Part shown: in pieces, positions 1 through 13,499 of the stretch
Layout of the letters: each line of letters begins with the position of its first letter
How positions within the stretch are numbered: position 1 is the stretch's first letter
Source of the DNA: Dicyema japonicum
Lineage: Eukaryota; Animalia; Dicyemida
DNA length: 64,000 bases
Assembly (NCBI GenBank): GCA_011109175.1
Contig: RDEW01000018.1
Location: forward strand, 184,838-248,837
Direction: 5' to 3'
Notes under the pieces: model-generated
Told to the model about the DNA's origin: nothing
The model's database searches: none
The model's input: only the letters and a program-made list of their open reading frames with translations
Made by a program: the position numbers and the translations under genes

Positions 1-1110
1 GGTTTTATCTCAGGGACATCATCATTTGGAGATGACGACCCAGTTTGGTAAAAATATTTACGATATTCCTCAGCTAATTCTGTGATATCCATGAAGTCTT
101 TCAATATTCTCCGGATCCCCAATCACTATGTGTGCAATGAGGAGATCTATCGCGAAAAACAGCAAGTATTCGAAGGGACTCTGGTGTCTGATTGACGTGG
201 ATACATCATTATTTTTCTTAAAGAGCAGCCTCAACGTACAGGCTTGCATATGTCCTGAGGACTGCCTCCTTCACCCTATGCGACAAACTTGTACAAATTA
301 AAGGGATCTTCCGTTCAACATCAAAGCGTATCTTCAATGTCCTGTTTGAAGAAACTTAGTGGGAACAGGCCACGTTGCTGGTCAGATTTGGATGGCTTGG
401 AATTCACAGTTCTATAGACATTTCTCTCCCTTAATATCTCTTGTCACTAATGGCCTGTGATATTATTGTCAAGAGGATTCTACACTCCCTCCCCGCAATT
501 CTCTACCGATCAGGAGTCAGTCATGCTCGTGAAGGCCTGGAACCGTACCTACTTGTTTTTTCCACCTTCCTTTAACTCTCAGTGGGATCTGGACGATGCC
601 GTATACAGTAAGTCATTTGAAGATATACTGGTTTCATTTAACCGACACCTCCGTGCTTGTTCGCTGTCGGGGGCATCTTCCGACAGTGGAACCTGGCTCG
701 ACGCCATTCCTAGTGAAGGTTTGGGAACCTTTCTGAATGATGAATGCATTCGTATTGGGATCTCATTATTAAGTCTGTGTGCCGAATCCACGCAGAGTAG
801 CATTTCTGTTGATCTCCTAGACACATGGCCTTGGACGAAGTCTTTAGAAGTGCTTTGGACGCTGTCGGACACCCTTCTATTCTCGAACCAGTCAACCTTT
901 GCAGACGTGACGGGAAACGACCCTGATCATCTTCTCCTTTGAAGCTGGGACGTCATCTGCACCACACATTTGCCACTAGCATCCTAAATCAGAGTACTTC
1001 TAGAGCCTGCTCTGCTGGCAAGAAGGTTGAGAGATCAAAACGTGCAGCATACGCAGTCTTAACAGAAGATGTTTTGTTTGTTCCTCTCGTAGGTAAAAAA
1101 TTCAGTTCCC
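1..1110 (+). mobile_element. CRE-like RLE non-LTR retrotransposon remnant (RT C-terminus and RLE region), degenerate
   Basis: Translation SGTWLDAIPSEGLGTFLNDECIRIGISL matches the CRE-type motif (SGAWL..P...LG..L.D..+RI) seen in the better-preserved copies at 15660 and 43931; many stops and frameshifts. Confidence 0.7.
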
Positions 1111-4100
1111 TGCACCCCCGAATTACTGGATCGTCTAGGGAATCTGATTTCTACACGCACTAGAGATTTCCAAGAAAACATGGTTCGAAGAAAATCTCAT
1201 TGAATATCTTACATCCCTACCACACGTCCTTAAGTCCTTACAATACGATTGAGGATGTCCTCCGGACTAACTCTGGTGCTTCTGTTTAGTTTTGAGCATT
1301 CTGCTCTTAGATTTCTCGAGATTGTCGTAGAAAGGGTTATCTCGTTGTTACCATATTAACAACATCTGTTATTTTGTGGAAGGAATTCACTTTCATGAGT
1401 ACTCCCCACTTGTTTTAAAACGAAGAGAACTGTCGTTCGAAGTTATTCGAAGTTGGAACCCGTGCTGCCTCAAGGCGTTATATTCAAGAGGATCGCGACC
1501 ATTTAGATTTGGTGGAATTCACTGCTCTACCGATGTTTCTCGCTAGTGGCTTCCGATATGTTGGTCAGGAGGATGGTAAACTCCCTTCCCGACTTCTTAG
1601 TCGACCTGGACGTCGACCATGTACGGGAGACTTGGAACTGTCTTCGTTTTATCCTCTTTCTATCCTGAGATTCCAACGTGGAGAATGTTTTTTGTCTGAG
1701 TTTTTCAAAAATCTCTTAAAGCCATCAAACCAGCGCCCCCATGCCTTCCTGTTGTCCCAGCTGGCTTAACTACATCTCAAGCGGAGTACCGGGAGCCGTT
1801 CTGAACGACTTGTTCTTTAAAATTGGAGTTTCGTTAGACATATTGAACCACGTGACGGATTTGGCATGCAGTACTTTCCGAAGTGATCGGATGGATCACC
1901 GACAATTAAAAGGGAATACGTGGCCGTCAGGTGATCTCGCCTTCCTTAAGTAGTCGTCCCATCTTTGCTTGGTGTTCATCCAGAAAACTTACGCACTTCC
2001 TATATGCACAAAGCACTTTTGGGAATTTAGAAGTGTCAATAGGGCTCGCATTCTCCTCACAAGTTCTTTGAAAGGAATTTTTCTTAGCTGCGACAAAAAG
2101 AATCTTTGTAGGGCCACAGTGACTGTTGTTTGAATAACATTAATTTCTTTAGATTTGTATTCGACAGGTTTGTCCCCATGCAGCACGTCCATAGCATTGA
2201 GTAAACCAGCTTTTGTAGTGTAAAAGAAGTGTTTTTACAAAATTTAATTTCGCTGAGAAGATGATATGAGGTTGTTAGCACGATTTTGAATGTCATGAGT
2301 GGGTCTTTAGTGATACCAAGTAACTTGACAGAGTTTGTGGATGGGTTAGATCTCAATTAAAAGTTTAGAGAGAGATTTTGTTACTCTGAAGCAAATATCA
2401 TATTAACACGAAAAGAAATAGCCAATTGGATAAACAGTCGATTGGTAGAACGGCTCATATGCCTGATCCTATATATAAAGAAAAGGGTGTCAGGATCCCA
2501 TAAAAGGAAAAAGGGATTTATTTTATCAATGATAAATTATTTTTTAAACAAAATAACTATATTCACTAATGGTACTTCCGATCGCTTGTTGTCGATTGAC
2601 ATGATCTACCAATATTATGTGAGCGCTTTGATATTTCTGCAATTATTTTGTACCTAACATTTTTTATCTCGTGTTCTGAATCTAGATAGACTTTTGGTTT
2701 CAGTGTTAGTAAATATTTTTTATTTTTTTTTGATTGTGAAAAATTTATTAAAGTAAATATTTAATTAATTTTTTAAATAAAATAAACTTTTTTAATTAAA
2801 TCAGCTGATTAAACTGATATTAAAATCTCAATTCAGATGTATGAGCAAAGACACGTGGGAATCAGAGGAAAAATGAATTCCTCTCAATATGCTCATTCAT
2901 GTTTTTTGGAACTCCAATTTTTTAATTCAACAAAAATTGATAATCATTCAGTAACTACTCTCATGTTTAAACCAATTTCTTAGTATCTCTCACCGTTAAA
3001 TAGCGACAAAACAAATTCATAATATTTTAAATGATTTGAAGTTTGGCTCGAACATGATTCGGACCCTCCATCGATGATAGATAAAATGTTAGTTACCTCA
3101 GCTTCACTAACAAGTAGGAGGCAGTTTGCTTTCATAATTCCAGTCGCAGAAGTCGGGTACCTTATAAATCTCTGTGCGCTGGGACATAAGAAAATTTTTT
3201 TAAGAAGTCCAGGGGTAATTTTATTGATTGCTTTAAGTAGATTGGGCTTCGTATGCACAAATCTCACGATCCACTTCTTCACGTCATTTTCAAAACATTC
3301 TGTTTCATGACGTTGCTGGCACGATCCTCTAAAACTCAGAGGTAGAGACAGCCTTCATGTCCATCGAACAATTTTACATCTTCATACACTCCAGATTATT
3401 TTTATTTTTATTATAAATTCCACTTGCCATATATTGCCGTACAATATCTCTCGCGGTTGAAATGTCTGGTTCCCTTGCGCTTGCGACGATGGAATTCCTA
3501 AGTCGTCTCGGATTTTTACAAGAACAGGAGATCCTCGTGAGAGCTGCTGGCTATCAACTTCATCTTGTCGTATATTAAAATGTCAACTATGTTCTTGTTG
3601 CTGTCATATCTAAGGCCTACGAAAGATATTCTTGAGACGATGCGTATAAACGTGTAGTTACTTCCAGAAATCTGTTTTTTTTGTTTCTTCCTTTCGCACT
3701 TCTGGAGGATTCTTTTAAATGTGCACTTGGCTTCCAAAGTCTAGCTTTTTGTTTCCTTTTTCCGCACTCCTGGCTGGATTAATTAGCATAACTGTTATTT
3801 ACTTCTTAAGGTACGAATTCTCCTTAAAATGAGATGGGTAATGGAAACATTACAACTCCCCGGCGGAATAGCAGAAGACGCGAACCCTGATTTTTCCTTT
3901 CTTAAGAATTTCTAACATCCGATGATTCCTGAGTCCACCTCCTCGTTCAAGAGGAAAAAAGATAATAGGGTTCATCCACCATGAAGATAAGCAGACATTT
4001 CGTGCAATAGAGGTACATCATCAGCTCATCTTCTGTCAAATTATCCACTTGACTAGCTAAAAAAGGAGTTTCTTTGTCGTTTTTTCATCACATATTACCG

Positions 4101-4329
4101 ACTAAGCATTAAAACTGTGTATTAACCTTGAAATTAAGATCATACAGGCACTAATGAGGATCTTTGGAAATAAGCAAACGTCACCTCAGACGTTCCTCGA
4201 TTCAATTACGGCAAGAAATTAGTCTTCTTCCCTCCTGTCGAAGATCTCCAAATTAAATTATAAACCCAGTTTCGCTTATATGCAGGAAACTGGCAACCAT
4301 AAAAAAACGGCCGCTAAGAAAGAACGCTC

Positions 4330-6200
4330 CCGGAGATCCATTACTTTGATGTCGAGCCCTGGAGGTCAAGGGCAAGCAAAAAGATCCCAAACCTCTCTCT
4401 CAACCAGAGACGGATAAGGTCCACACCGTAAACGAGAAAGTTCTAATATGACGGCCCTCGGAAGAAGGAGTTCTGAAGCACTAATCTTAGGAGGTATGCC
4501 CTCCAGTATCTTGTTCTCCTTGAGACGTAGTATCGCACGTGTAGATGCAAAGTAATGTATATATTTTGTCCAGGTTTGATTTTCTTTGTTGATCAGTGAA
4601 TGTTCTCCGAATAAGGCTAAGGTTTGCGGATTTAAGCAGTGGTAACGTTGGATGGTTCGGGTCAAGTGATTGTCGGAGAAGTTGTGTTGTTCACTTCAAA
4701 GTGGTCACCCAGAAGCAGAATCTTCGACTCTCAGTGTAAGTGCCCGACGGCAGATGATTTCAAAAACCCCGTTGCAGCTTTCAGTGAGAGTTTTGTCCCT
4801 GGTGCAACTTTTGTAAGAGGGAGAGCGCTATACTAGGAACTTAGCTCGGGGAGGCGTAGTTTAGTGTCGTCCTAACGAATTGCTTGTACAATAAGGTAAG
4901 GCACTCCGTTTTGTTGGCCGTTTGAGTTGTCAGATATTACTCTGAGGATGTTTGGATTTTCAATCACTGGGAGAAGTTCTTTGTTGAGGTATATACTGGT
5001 CTGTGGTTAAATTATCTCCTCTCAGTTGTAAAAATGAGGATTTCGACGTGGATGGAGACATCCAGTTTGTCACCATCCAGCCAGAATACAAAGTCAAATG
5101 ACTTTGGACATTACAAGAGGCCAATTGAATGTTTTATCCCTAGATCCAATAATAATGTCATCGGCCTATGATAGGAGGATCTTTTTTGGATGTCGCTGAG
5201 GTATAGGTTAAAAAGTGATGATGAGAGAACGGATCCCTGAGGTTGCGGAATCGGGACATATGGGAATGAAAACATGTTTGACCTAGGTGGAGGGTACAAA
5301 GACCATCAAGTTAGTTGGCAGGCGAGTTGCGCGCACTTTGAATTAAGTCGTGGATTAGCGTTACGGGAACTTGTACCTCGTGGTGGTTGGACCCTCTTAG
5401 GACGAGTATCTTTGAACATTGGAATGTAAATGGTCTTTCGATAATCGGTCATCAAATCGTTTGCATGACGGTGAAAGTCTTTAGTTAGGTTGTTTTATCA
5501 AACATCTCACCATGAGAGGAACCGGGATTAAGTTCGCCTGAACATCATTTATGAATCTTCAGAATTTTTTAGGTTTCTTTTTGGGGTAAGATGGGAAATA
5601 AATCCAGTCCATTTTTTATTCTTGACTTTAGAAATCAACATGGTCTCTTTAAGCGTCTCCTTTCACGAATGAGGTGGAGGATTTCACTATTAAAATAGGA
5701 CTTGTATTCCCTGATGAAGCCTTTGGGGATTAATTTCTTGTCAGCCAACAATATAGCAGAGTTGAAAAAGGCCACGGATTCATCTGGAGACGTGAATTTG
5801 TACATAGAGAAGTCTTCCAAGATACTTCCTATTTCTGACATAAAATTATCAAAATTCATTTTCCTGTAGTTTTCGAAGTTCCGCCTAATCGTTCTCTTTG
5901 CTGATCGAAGCTCCGCTTGACGGTGTTCTTGGAAGTTTCAGTGAGAGTAATGGAAAGTTGTATGAGAGTGACGAGCCACCACCATGGGACCCACTTGCCC
6001 GTTCTGAGCGGAGTACTGAGTAGTCTTTAAATCTTGGTGTTCGTGAGGTGATGGGTAGTCTGGATTTTTGCAGAAAAAAATATCAATTTTGTGTCTCGCC
6101 AAATAGCCTATGAGTTCAGCATGCTTTGATGTGATCCCATTAATGTTCAGTTGTAGGATTCTGATTTTGTTCGGTCCGAGGTTTGGCAAGATATCTCCCG
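4330..6200 (-). mobile_element. Degenerate APE-type LINE (I/Jockey-like): endonuclease start, RT fragments, C-terminal zinc-knuckle region
   Basis: KIRILQLNINGITSK..LIGYL..HKIDI (APE N-terminus, 5938-6189); PQGSVLSSSLFNLYLSD (RT, about 5200); PPKISASELLLPR..LELSRLRCG (C-terminus, 4366-4665). Confidence 0.8.
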
Positions 6201-6290
6201 GGCACAGAGACCCGTAAATAACATCTCACGTAACATGAGATAAATTTAATTATCGAAAAAGAATTTATTTATTTGATAAATAATAAAAAA

Positions 6291-6760
6291 TTATTTAAAA
6301 GTTGATTTTAGTTGACCCGTTATACTCAGTTCTCCGTTAACTAAGTTGTTTTGATGGGAAATGAATATCCTTGAGGTTGAAGAATTTCCATATGAATTTA
6401 CATTTCCGACGATGAACACTGAGTTTGGGGACCCCAAATAATCAATTTTCTTCTCGTCTATTCCAACAAAAAATGTTTGCTGAGTCATCGGACACGGTGG
6501 AAGACCCAGTTTGTCGTAGATAACTCATCTTCTCTTATCAGATTTATGATCTTTGAGTTATCCAGTTCCAATTGGGCGATATATCCATATTCTTTTTCTG
6601 CCACGACCTTGTCGCTTTCTGTCTTCACCAGGGAATGAGCCTTGCTTATCTGACCATCGAAGGAATAAAGGAGGAGAACATTTCGACTGAAATAATACAC
6701 TAAATTACTTATTAGTATTATTGCGCTGATTATATTTGTAATCAAGAGCCAGTTTGCCAT
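6291..6760 (-). CDS. Possible small orphan protein with N-terminal hydrophobic segment; two ORFs joined by one frameshift
   Basis: aaaATGG start, hydrophobic MANWLLITNIISAIILISNLVYYF, overlapping ORFs 6485-6760 and 6291-6488, AT-rich tract at 6240-6300 downstream. No homology recognised. Confidence 0.3.
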
Positions 6761-8709
6761 TTTAATCGATTACTGTAAGTGGGCTGATTATAAGGCACTT
6801 TAGGCGCAAACAATTTCCAAATATGTACATAAATTAAAGGAAGCAGGGGATTCGGAAGAAAACGGCTTCGTTTATAACCACGATTGTAGGAACTGATGAA
6901 AAAAATTATCCAGTGAAGTGGGGGACCACATAATCACTTTTGGTTCCTTCCAAGCACTACGGACTCCTGAGAAAACTGGATCAAATGACGCCATTCTAGT
7001 AGAATGAGGGAAGAGAAGGAACAGAGGAAGGGAAGAGGAACCTTCCGCCAAGTAGTCAGTAGGGGAATCGAACCATGGACTATTGTTAGAACATGACATT
7101 TGGCCATCTCCTGCGTTGGTCCCCTAGTTTATCGTAAATTCAACTATTAGCACATATGCAAGAAAGGAAGCAAGTACAAGCGATGTGGAAATATACTTTT
7201 GAGGTAAGGCTGTCACAGACAGAAGGAAAGTATTAATCTAACAACGTCAACTACAAACTAATTGAGATCATTGGCGGTCCAAGGTAAGACTCACGTGGGT
7301 TGAAATTATATCTATGGAAAATGATATAGTAAAGACATATGCATCTTCGCTTTTTTGTTTGGTTTCACGGTTGCTTGTGAGATAATGATGTGTAAATGGA
7401 TGAGGAGAGACTATAAATGCCAGCTATATGGACACAGATAGGAAAATCTTGGCCGACGAAGCCAGCTAAGGTTAAAATATGTTGGAGAAGTGCCAGAGAA
7501 CTAGAGGGGGAAAATCGTCTACTACTCTGAGAGTAATAAAGAAAATAAATGAAGAAAATATCACGAGTGAAGATGGCCCTGGTTGTGGAGTAATCGATCC
7601 ACCGGAAAACTTGCTAACCAGAGGATTAAAAATACTGTTGGTAAATCCCGATGCTTAAGAAAATGGCATTATAAACTAGCACTCCTTGCGACGACCTTCA
7701 AGTTTCTAACGACTGTCATAATTGAATTCATTCACGGATTTTTCTAACTATTTTCCCGTGTTTTCGAGGGCTACGGAACATTGGAACAGATCTTTATCGA
7801 GTTCTCACTCTCACATGCAGTACGACCTAGTCTCATGAATATCTCTTTCTATCCAATGGGTCATGTCCTCTGTTATACACCCAACATATCGAGGTTACAA
7901 AAATTAAAGAACGTGAAGCACCCACTATGGCTCAGCACCCAACATTTAGACAACCGTGGACAATATATCCTCAATTCTCTCGGTGACTGAGCATACTCAT
8001 AACCCAGATTCCCATACAAGGACCTCTCAGAGAACTACTGATACACCCAAATCTCCGGATATTACATTATGTTCTACCTCTCTAATGGGTCTATCGCTTT
8101 CGTTTTTTAGATGATCATAACCCCACAATTCTTCGGGTCAAAAGTCAAAGTTGTACATACGACCAAATAATGAAATTCAAGCATTTTGCTTAAACTAACG
8201 GTGGGCTTTACTAATGTGGATTCTCAAGTTTTTGGGATGCACATGACGGATATCACGGTTGATAAAGCAGCAAACATGCTTAGGAATACCATTCTCAAAG
8301 CGAACTAATAATTTATCCACTATCCTCGTATAAAAACTTCAATCCCAAACAATGCTGCTCACGTTTGCTCGAACAGTTAGGAATGCAGGAATTATTGACT
8401 GTGTAAGACAACGGAAATCTCCATTTCACGGCAAATACGGCTACGATATGAACGAAAATGGACCCATGCCTTTACCATAAGAGTTCATGCAACTCTTTCT
8501 GGATGATTTTGAAACGGATCGAAACACAGCTTAAAGACGAGGACGCTGTATCTTCACTACCTATAAAGAACACAGTGAAACTCGCTAACAAAATAATCAA
8601 CCACAATGTATCGATAAGTTACGAAAATCACCCAAATTCTTTTAGGATCAATACTAGCCCTTACAGACCAATCAATGCCAGTTCCCAATATTAATTTTTT
8701 CATCCATGA

Positions 8710-9090
8710 ACTAGTATGGAAGACAATTTGTTCCTTGCGGAATTTGGACAAATAAGTCTGAACGTACTTGAAGCCCGCTGGCACCTTTTTGGACATATTC
8801 TACGGATGGGTGAACAAACACCATGCAATGTTGCCATGGAAGATTTTTGGCCATACTGTATCTCCTGCATTCAGAGGACGTCCAAGAAGTTGTCTTCCAA
8901 GGACACCTGCGGAGGATTACGAAGTTATCGGAGGCCGACTGATGGATGCAGATGATCTGAACGAAATTAGGTGACGAGGACGACAACGGAAAGGATGGAG
9001 AAGCCTAAGGGAAAGGATAATCGAAAAACATGGCACAAACACAAACAGTGTTTACTGGTAACGCGGATGTGCTTTAACTAACTAACTAGG
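8710..9090 (+). mobile_element. RTE-clade LINE 3' end with (TAAC)n tail
   Basis: RWHLFGHILRM..TP...AM and RGRPR motifs of the RTE RT thumb; tail ttaactaactaact at about 9075-9088; near-identical inverted copy at 20822-20910. Confidence 0.8.
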
Positions 9091-9394
9091 AAATTCGCGT
9101 GCCTGTGGCCCCGATGGAGAATCTGCATATCACCTAAAGCGTTATTGGTTTTGACGAGTTACAAAATTACTATGTGACCTCGTACATCGTCCCAAAATAT
9201 GGAAAAATTCGATAATTATACCAATTTAAAATATGGAAAATCCAAAACGTCATATCGGCCAATTTCTTTGACATGCTCTCTTTCAACGGTGTTGGAGAAG
9301 TTAGTCCTTGTGATGATTTTTCCAGATCTGCCATTTTCCACCATGGCTTCCGAATTTCTAGTCCACCACGACGCACTTGTCAACTTTATCCCAA

Positions 9395-9635
9395 TTTTTG
9401 TCTGTTCCTCCTCTTCCCTTTTCTAGTAGAGTGGTATAATGTGATCTACCCTCTCAAGTGGCGCCCAGTGCCAGGATGGAACAAAAGAGGATCATTTTCT
9501 CTCCTCAACTGAGGGGTTTCAAAAACTCAAGGAATGGACGTCTGTTACCTTTAATGTTGGTTCCGGATGGATTTGTGTGATGTTGAAGGACTGTCTCTGT
9601 AACAGTGGAAACTGGATATACTTAATTAGGTTTGT
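9395..9635 (+). mobile_element. SINE-like family A copy (CT-rich linker, structured core, 3' tail)
   Basis: Aligns by eye with 40210-40435: gtctgttcctcct...agagtgg..atgtgatc...gtggcgcccagtgccagg...ggatcatt...gtggaaactggata.acttaattag. Confidence 0.8.
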
Positions 9636-9689
9636 TTACTGTTAACTTCATTCTCGTATATCCGCGGTTAATAATATTGCTATAGCTCT

Positions 9690-9900
9690 TCCCAGACCAA
9701 ACACACGCTTTATTTAAGTAAAGAACAGTTATCACAACTAATCGAAGAAGGAGAACCAAGGAATGCTCTTCACTTTTCTTTATGTTGGGTATGAGTCTTT
9801 TTGTAGACGATCTGGTTACGCAGTGAGATGTTCACTGATGACGGCGTCACTTGTCAAGTCAAAGCATAGTAGATGCGTGGAACGTTCAGCCGGAATGTAC
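9690..9900 (-). repeat. Dispersed repeat family B (about 230 bp, LTR-like poly(A) signal)
   Basis: Homologous to 57830-58060: shares gttccacgcatctac.atgct and actgttctttactt.aataaag.gtgtgt on the minus strand. Confidence 0.7.
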
Positions 9901-9959
9901 TGCAGCGAGATTGAAACTAGGAGCCATCATGCCTTTTGGCTGGCACTCCTTACAATCCG

Positions 9960-10720
9960 TACCCAACGTATCTTGGGGTTAATAATAATCCCAATTTATC
10001 ATGGACGGCTTTAATGCCCCTAGGCCCCATATGCGGACGGTATTGTTTCCATCGATATACAAAAGGCCTTTGACTCGGTATCGAGGACTCACCTTACAAA
10101 GAAGATCTTGGACTCAACATCCACCCGAACCTTAAACTCTGACTGGAAAAATTTTTTCGGATGGCATGGGAGAGCGTCCAAGAAGTGTTTTTACGAAGTT
10201 TAATTTCGTCGAGGTGGTTACTGCAAGTTCACGACTGCTTCCAAATGAAGTTCTACAGTGCTCTCCTTTTTTCCAGGATTATTTAATTCGGTTCTTCCAA
10301 TGTCCCAGAGATTTACGACCCAAACACATTGCTCTTATTCTATGCAGATGACTTCACAATAGCCTCAAGAATAGTTCACCCTCCATGGCGGCCGCGGTTG
10401 TCCAAACACCTGGATCATATTATGAATTGGCTCTCACGGTATAAACTGTCTTTTTCATCATCAAAAACCATCTTCACATTATTCACGTCGGATCGCTGCT
10501 ACAAGGATGTTCCCGTGGTCCGCCTGGGATATGTGTCTACAACCGTTTCAAATAACCCAAAAATCCTTGACGTGACCTATGACTTATTGATGACCTTCGC
10601 AAGGCATACCGACCAAATCTTGACTAAAGGAATCAAGAAGATTAATGTCTTCATGGCAATTGTTGTAAAGACCCCGTTCCTAGTAAGATTGCTATTATAT
10701 CCCTGTGCTTTATAGAAGTG
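9960..10720 (+). mobile_element. LINE reverse transcriptase fragment (I/Jockey-like)
   Basis: SIDIQKAFDSV at about 10050 and LFYADDFTIAS (10329-10715); PKILDVTYD..MTF..H motif. Confidence 0.8.
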
Positions 10721-11195
10721 AAAAAACGATGGTACAAAAAAAGGTGATCGTTACAAAAGCTGAGGCAAAGGGAAGAATTTAACAGATAACGGTGCAAAGA
10801 AGATAACAAAAAGAAGTCCTTCACGTCCTCCAGGAGCGTCAACTTCAAAAAGCGAGGGTTTGTCAACGCAGGAAGAAATAATTGTGCTCCTGGGAAGTTA
10901 TCTGATTACATGAAGACGTATCTACGTAATTATCAAATTAAGTCGAGAGGCTATCTCCGAAAGGCGATTATAGACGTTGTGTCGACTCAAAGACAGAGGC
11001 TATCTCCGAAAGGATTTCTTTAGTCAAGAGGACTATTAATAAAATATGGACAGATTTTTCAGAACGAAACCCATTTTCTCGAAAAGTTATAGAAAACTTA
11101 CATGTCCTAGGACAAGTGCAGAAAAGGTATTTATGGAGAAACCGGGTGGTAGTTTCTACAAGATAGAGGAGACCTCGTTTATTTTCAAAAATCAC

Positions 11196-13426
11196 CGGTT
11201 CCCATTCAAAATGGCCTCTTTCAAAATGGCCTCCATTCAAAATGGCCTCTTTCAAAATGGCCTCCATTCAAAATGGCCTCCATTCAAAATGGCCTCCAAT
11301 TAAATTTCTCAGGTTTTGGATAAGTTCATCAATAGACATCACGAGATATTTTACCAAGGTCCTCGACATCTTTAGGTAAAAAAGTCATCTTTTTAAATCT
11401 TATAAAAATTGATTTTACCAAGGTCCTCGACATCTTTAGGTAAAAAAGTCATCTTTTTAAATCTTATAAAAATTGATTTTAACAGATCCTATGGGTAAGT
11501 GGAACATTTTACCAAGGTCCTCGACATCTTTAGGTAAAAAAGTCATCTTTTTGAAATCTTATAAAAATTGATTTTAACAGGTCCTATGGGTAAGTGGAAC
11601 AATTTACCAAGGTCCTCGACATCTTTAGGTAAAAAAGTCATCTTTTTTAAATCTTATAAAAATTGATTTTAACAGGTCCTATGGGTAAGTGGAACAATTT
11701 ACCAAGGTCCTCGACATCTTTAGGTAAAAAAGTCATCTTTTTTAATATTTTTATATAAGTTTAAAATGAAATATTTATTTTCAAAAGAAAAAAAGGAAAA
11801 TGATTATAAATGTTAATAGAACACATATTCTACTAAATTGAATATATAGTCTGTCGATCCATATTAAGTAATATTTGTTCTTGAACAAATTTCAATATAT
11901 TCTCCGATAAAGCGATATATTTAGTTTTTCTAAGAATTTTTTCTCCATTTTGTAATCTTAAGAATTTAATTATTATGCCTTCTTCTTCTTTATCAATTTC
12001 TTTACAAAATTTCTTGGCGTCTTGTTTAGTGTCCCAAATGTACTTCTAAAAACGTTGTGCCAGCCTTCAATGGAGTTATTTGTCCGAGGTAAGTCCTCAT
12101 ATAGATTATCCAGATTATTCCAATAATTAATTGGAAATCTTGGAATTAATCCATTTTCTTGATTTCCGATATAATTGATCAAGAAATATTGATATAATGG
12201 AGTTAGAATCACAGGAAAATCTGATCTCGACACTATCCAATCAAAAGTGTTCTTTACAGTATGTGTAGGAATAAAGGAGAGGCATTTCAACAGTTTTACA
12301 AATCTATCGTTAATTTTAAATCACATTTAACCTATTTATATCTTCATTATTTATGTCGTTGAAAATTCCTAGTTCCAATATTTTTTTATTAATATTTTGT
12401 CCTAGATGGAACATGCAGCAATTTATCCGTGCGTTTGGAAATGATTTTTGAAAAGAGTTTATTGCTCCTTTTTCAAAATCTGAGACAATAACTCTTGGTT
12501 CTAAATCCGGAATGAGACGTTTAATTATTTGAAGCATTGTGTCATATTCATTTTCAGTTTTTGATGTTAAAAGACAGAATATTATTGGAATTACATGGTG
12601 ATTAATTATTACCGATATTGTGAATAATTGCTTCCAAGGAAGAGGGCAGACAGAAAAAGTCCCATCAATAGACCATATTTTATGATTTTTTAATGGTGTC
12701 GTCATTTCAGAATTTAAAAAATAACCATATTTGTCTCAACATCTGAAAAGTTAATCATTAATATACCAATATTTTGGCGAAAACTGTGTCCAAACTGATA
12801 GAATCTATGCCCTCGTAAGGTATACATTAAATTCTCCTCAATATTAAGAACTGAATCATCACTTTCGTGTGGGATACTTTTTCTTGTTCTATTAATCAGT
12901 TGTTCCAGAGAAGAATGAGTCCCTGTCAAAGCAATAGTTGTCAAATTTTGTCCAAGCAGAGAATTATTAATAATCTGTCTAGGACCCATATCACATAAGA
13001 GTGATTTCTGCTTTATGTCCTCCCGTATTAAGGCTCTCTTGACAAATTCACTCCTTGGAAGATGATTATTCACTCCTTGGAAGATGATAGGATCCCTTAA
13101 AATCAATTTTTATAAGATTTAAAAAAGATGACTTTTTTACCTAAAGATGTCGAGGACCTTGGTAAAATGTTCCACTTACCCATAGGACTTGTTAAAATCA
13201 CTTTTTATAAGATTTAAAAAAGATGACTTTTTTACCTAAAGATGTCGAGGACCTTGGTAAAATCAATTTTTATAAGATTTAAAAAAGATGACTTTTTTAC
13301 CTAAAGATGTCGTTTCGCTAAAATCTCGTGATGTTTATTGATGAACTTATCCAAAACCTGAAAAAATTAATTGGAGGCCATTTTGAATGGAGGCCATTTT
13401 GAAAGAGGCCATTTTGAATGGACACG
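11196..13426 (-). mobile_element. MULE/Mutator DNA transposon with long compound terminal inverted repeats; 5'-truncated transposase
   Basis: Left end (cattcaaaatggcctc)n plus about five 65-93 bp repeats (11196-11745) is inverted relative to the right end (13075-13426); the transposase lies between. TSD not clear. Confidence 0.9.
11973..13106 (-). pseudogene. MULE transposase, split into three ORFs and lacking the N-terminus
   Basis: WSIDGTFSVCP..WKQLFTI, SDFEKGAINSFQKSFPNARINCCMFHLGQ and PRTNNSIEGWHN are diagnostic MULE DDE motifs. Confidence 0.9.
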
Positions 13427-13499
13427 ATTTAATCAGATATTGTGAGGATGATTTAGGATTATGGAGGAAGTAGTTACCATATTGGAAGTTGCGATCAAG

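Noticed and set aside
2980-4100. Minus-strand gene with an internal duplication of about 75 bp (3660-3790)
   Set aside because: No consistent frame or recognisable domain; it could be decayed retroelement sequence.
9820-9885. Hammerhead-like arrangement (CTGATGA...stem...AAA...stem)
   Set aside because: Lacks the GAAA and UH core, and the second copy has CTAATGA with the GA paired in a hairpin; kept only as repeat family B.
10968-11303. ORFs 10968-11267 and 11046-11303; likewise 41460-41687 and 42770-43003
   Set aside because: Translations of tandem-repeat arrays in transposon TIRs.
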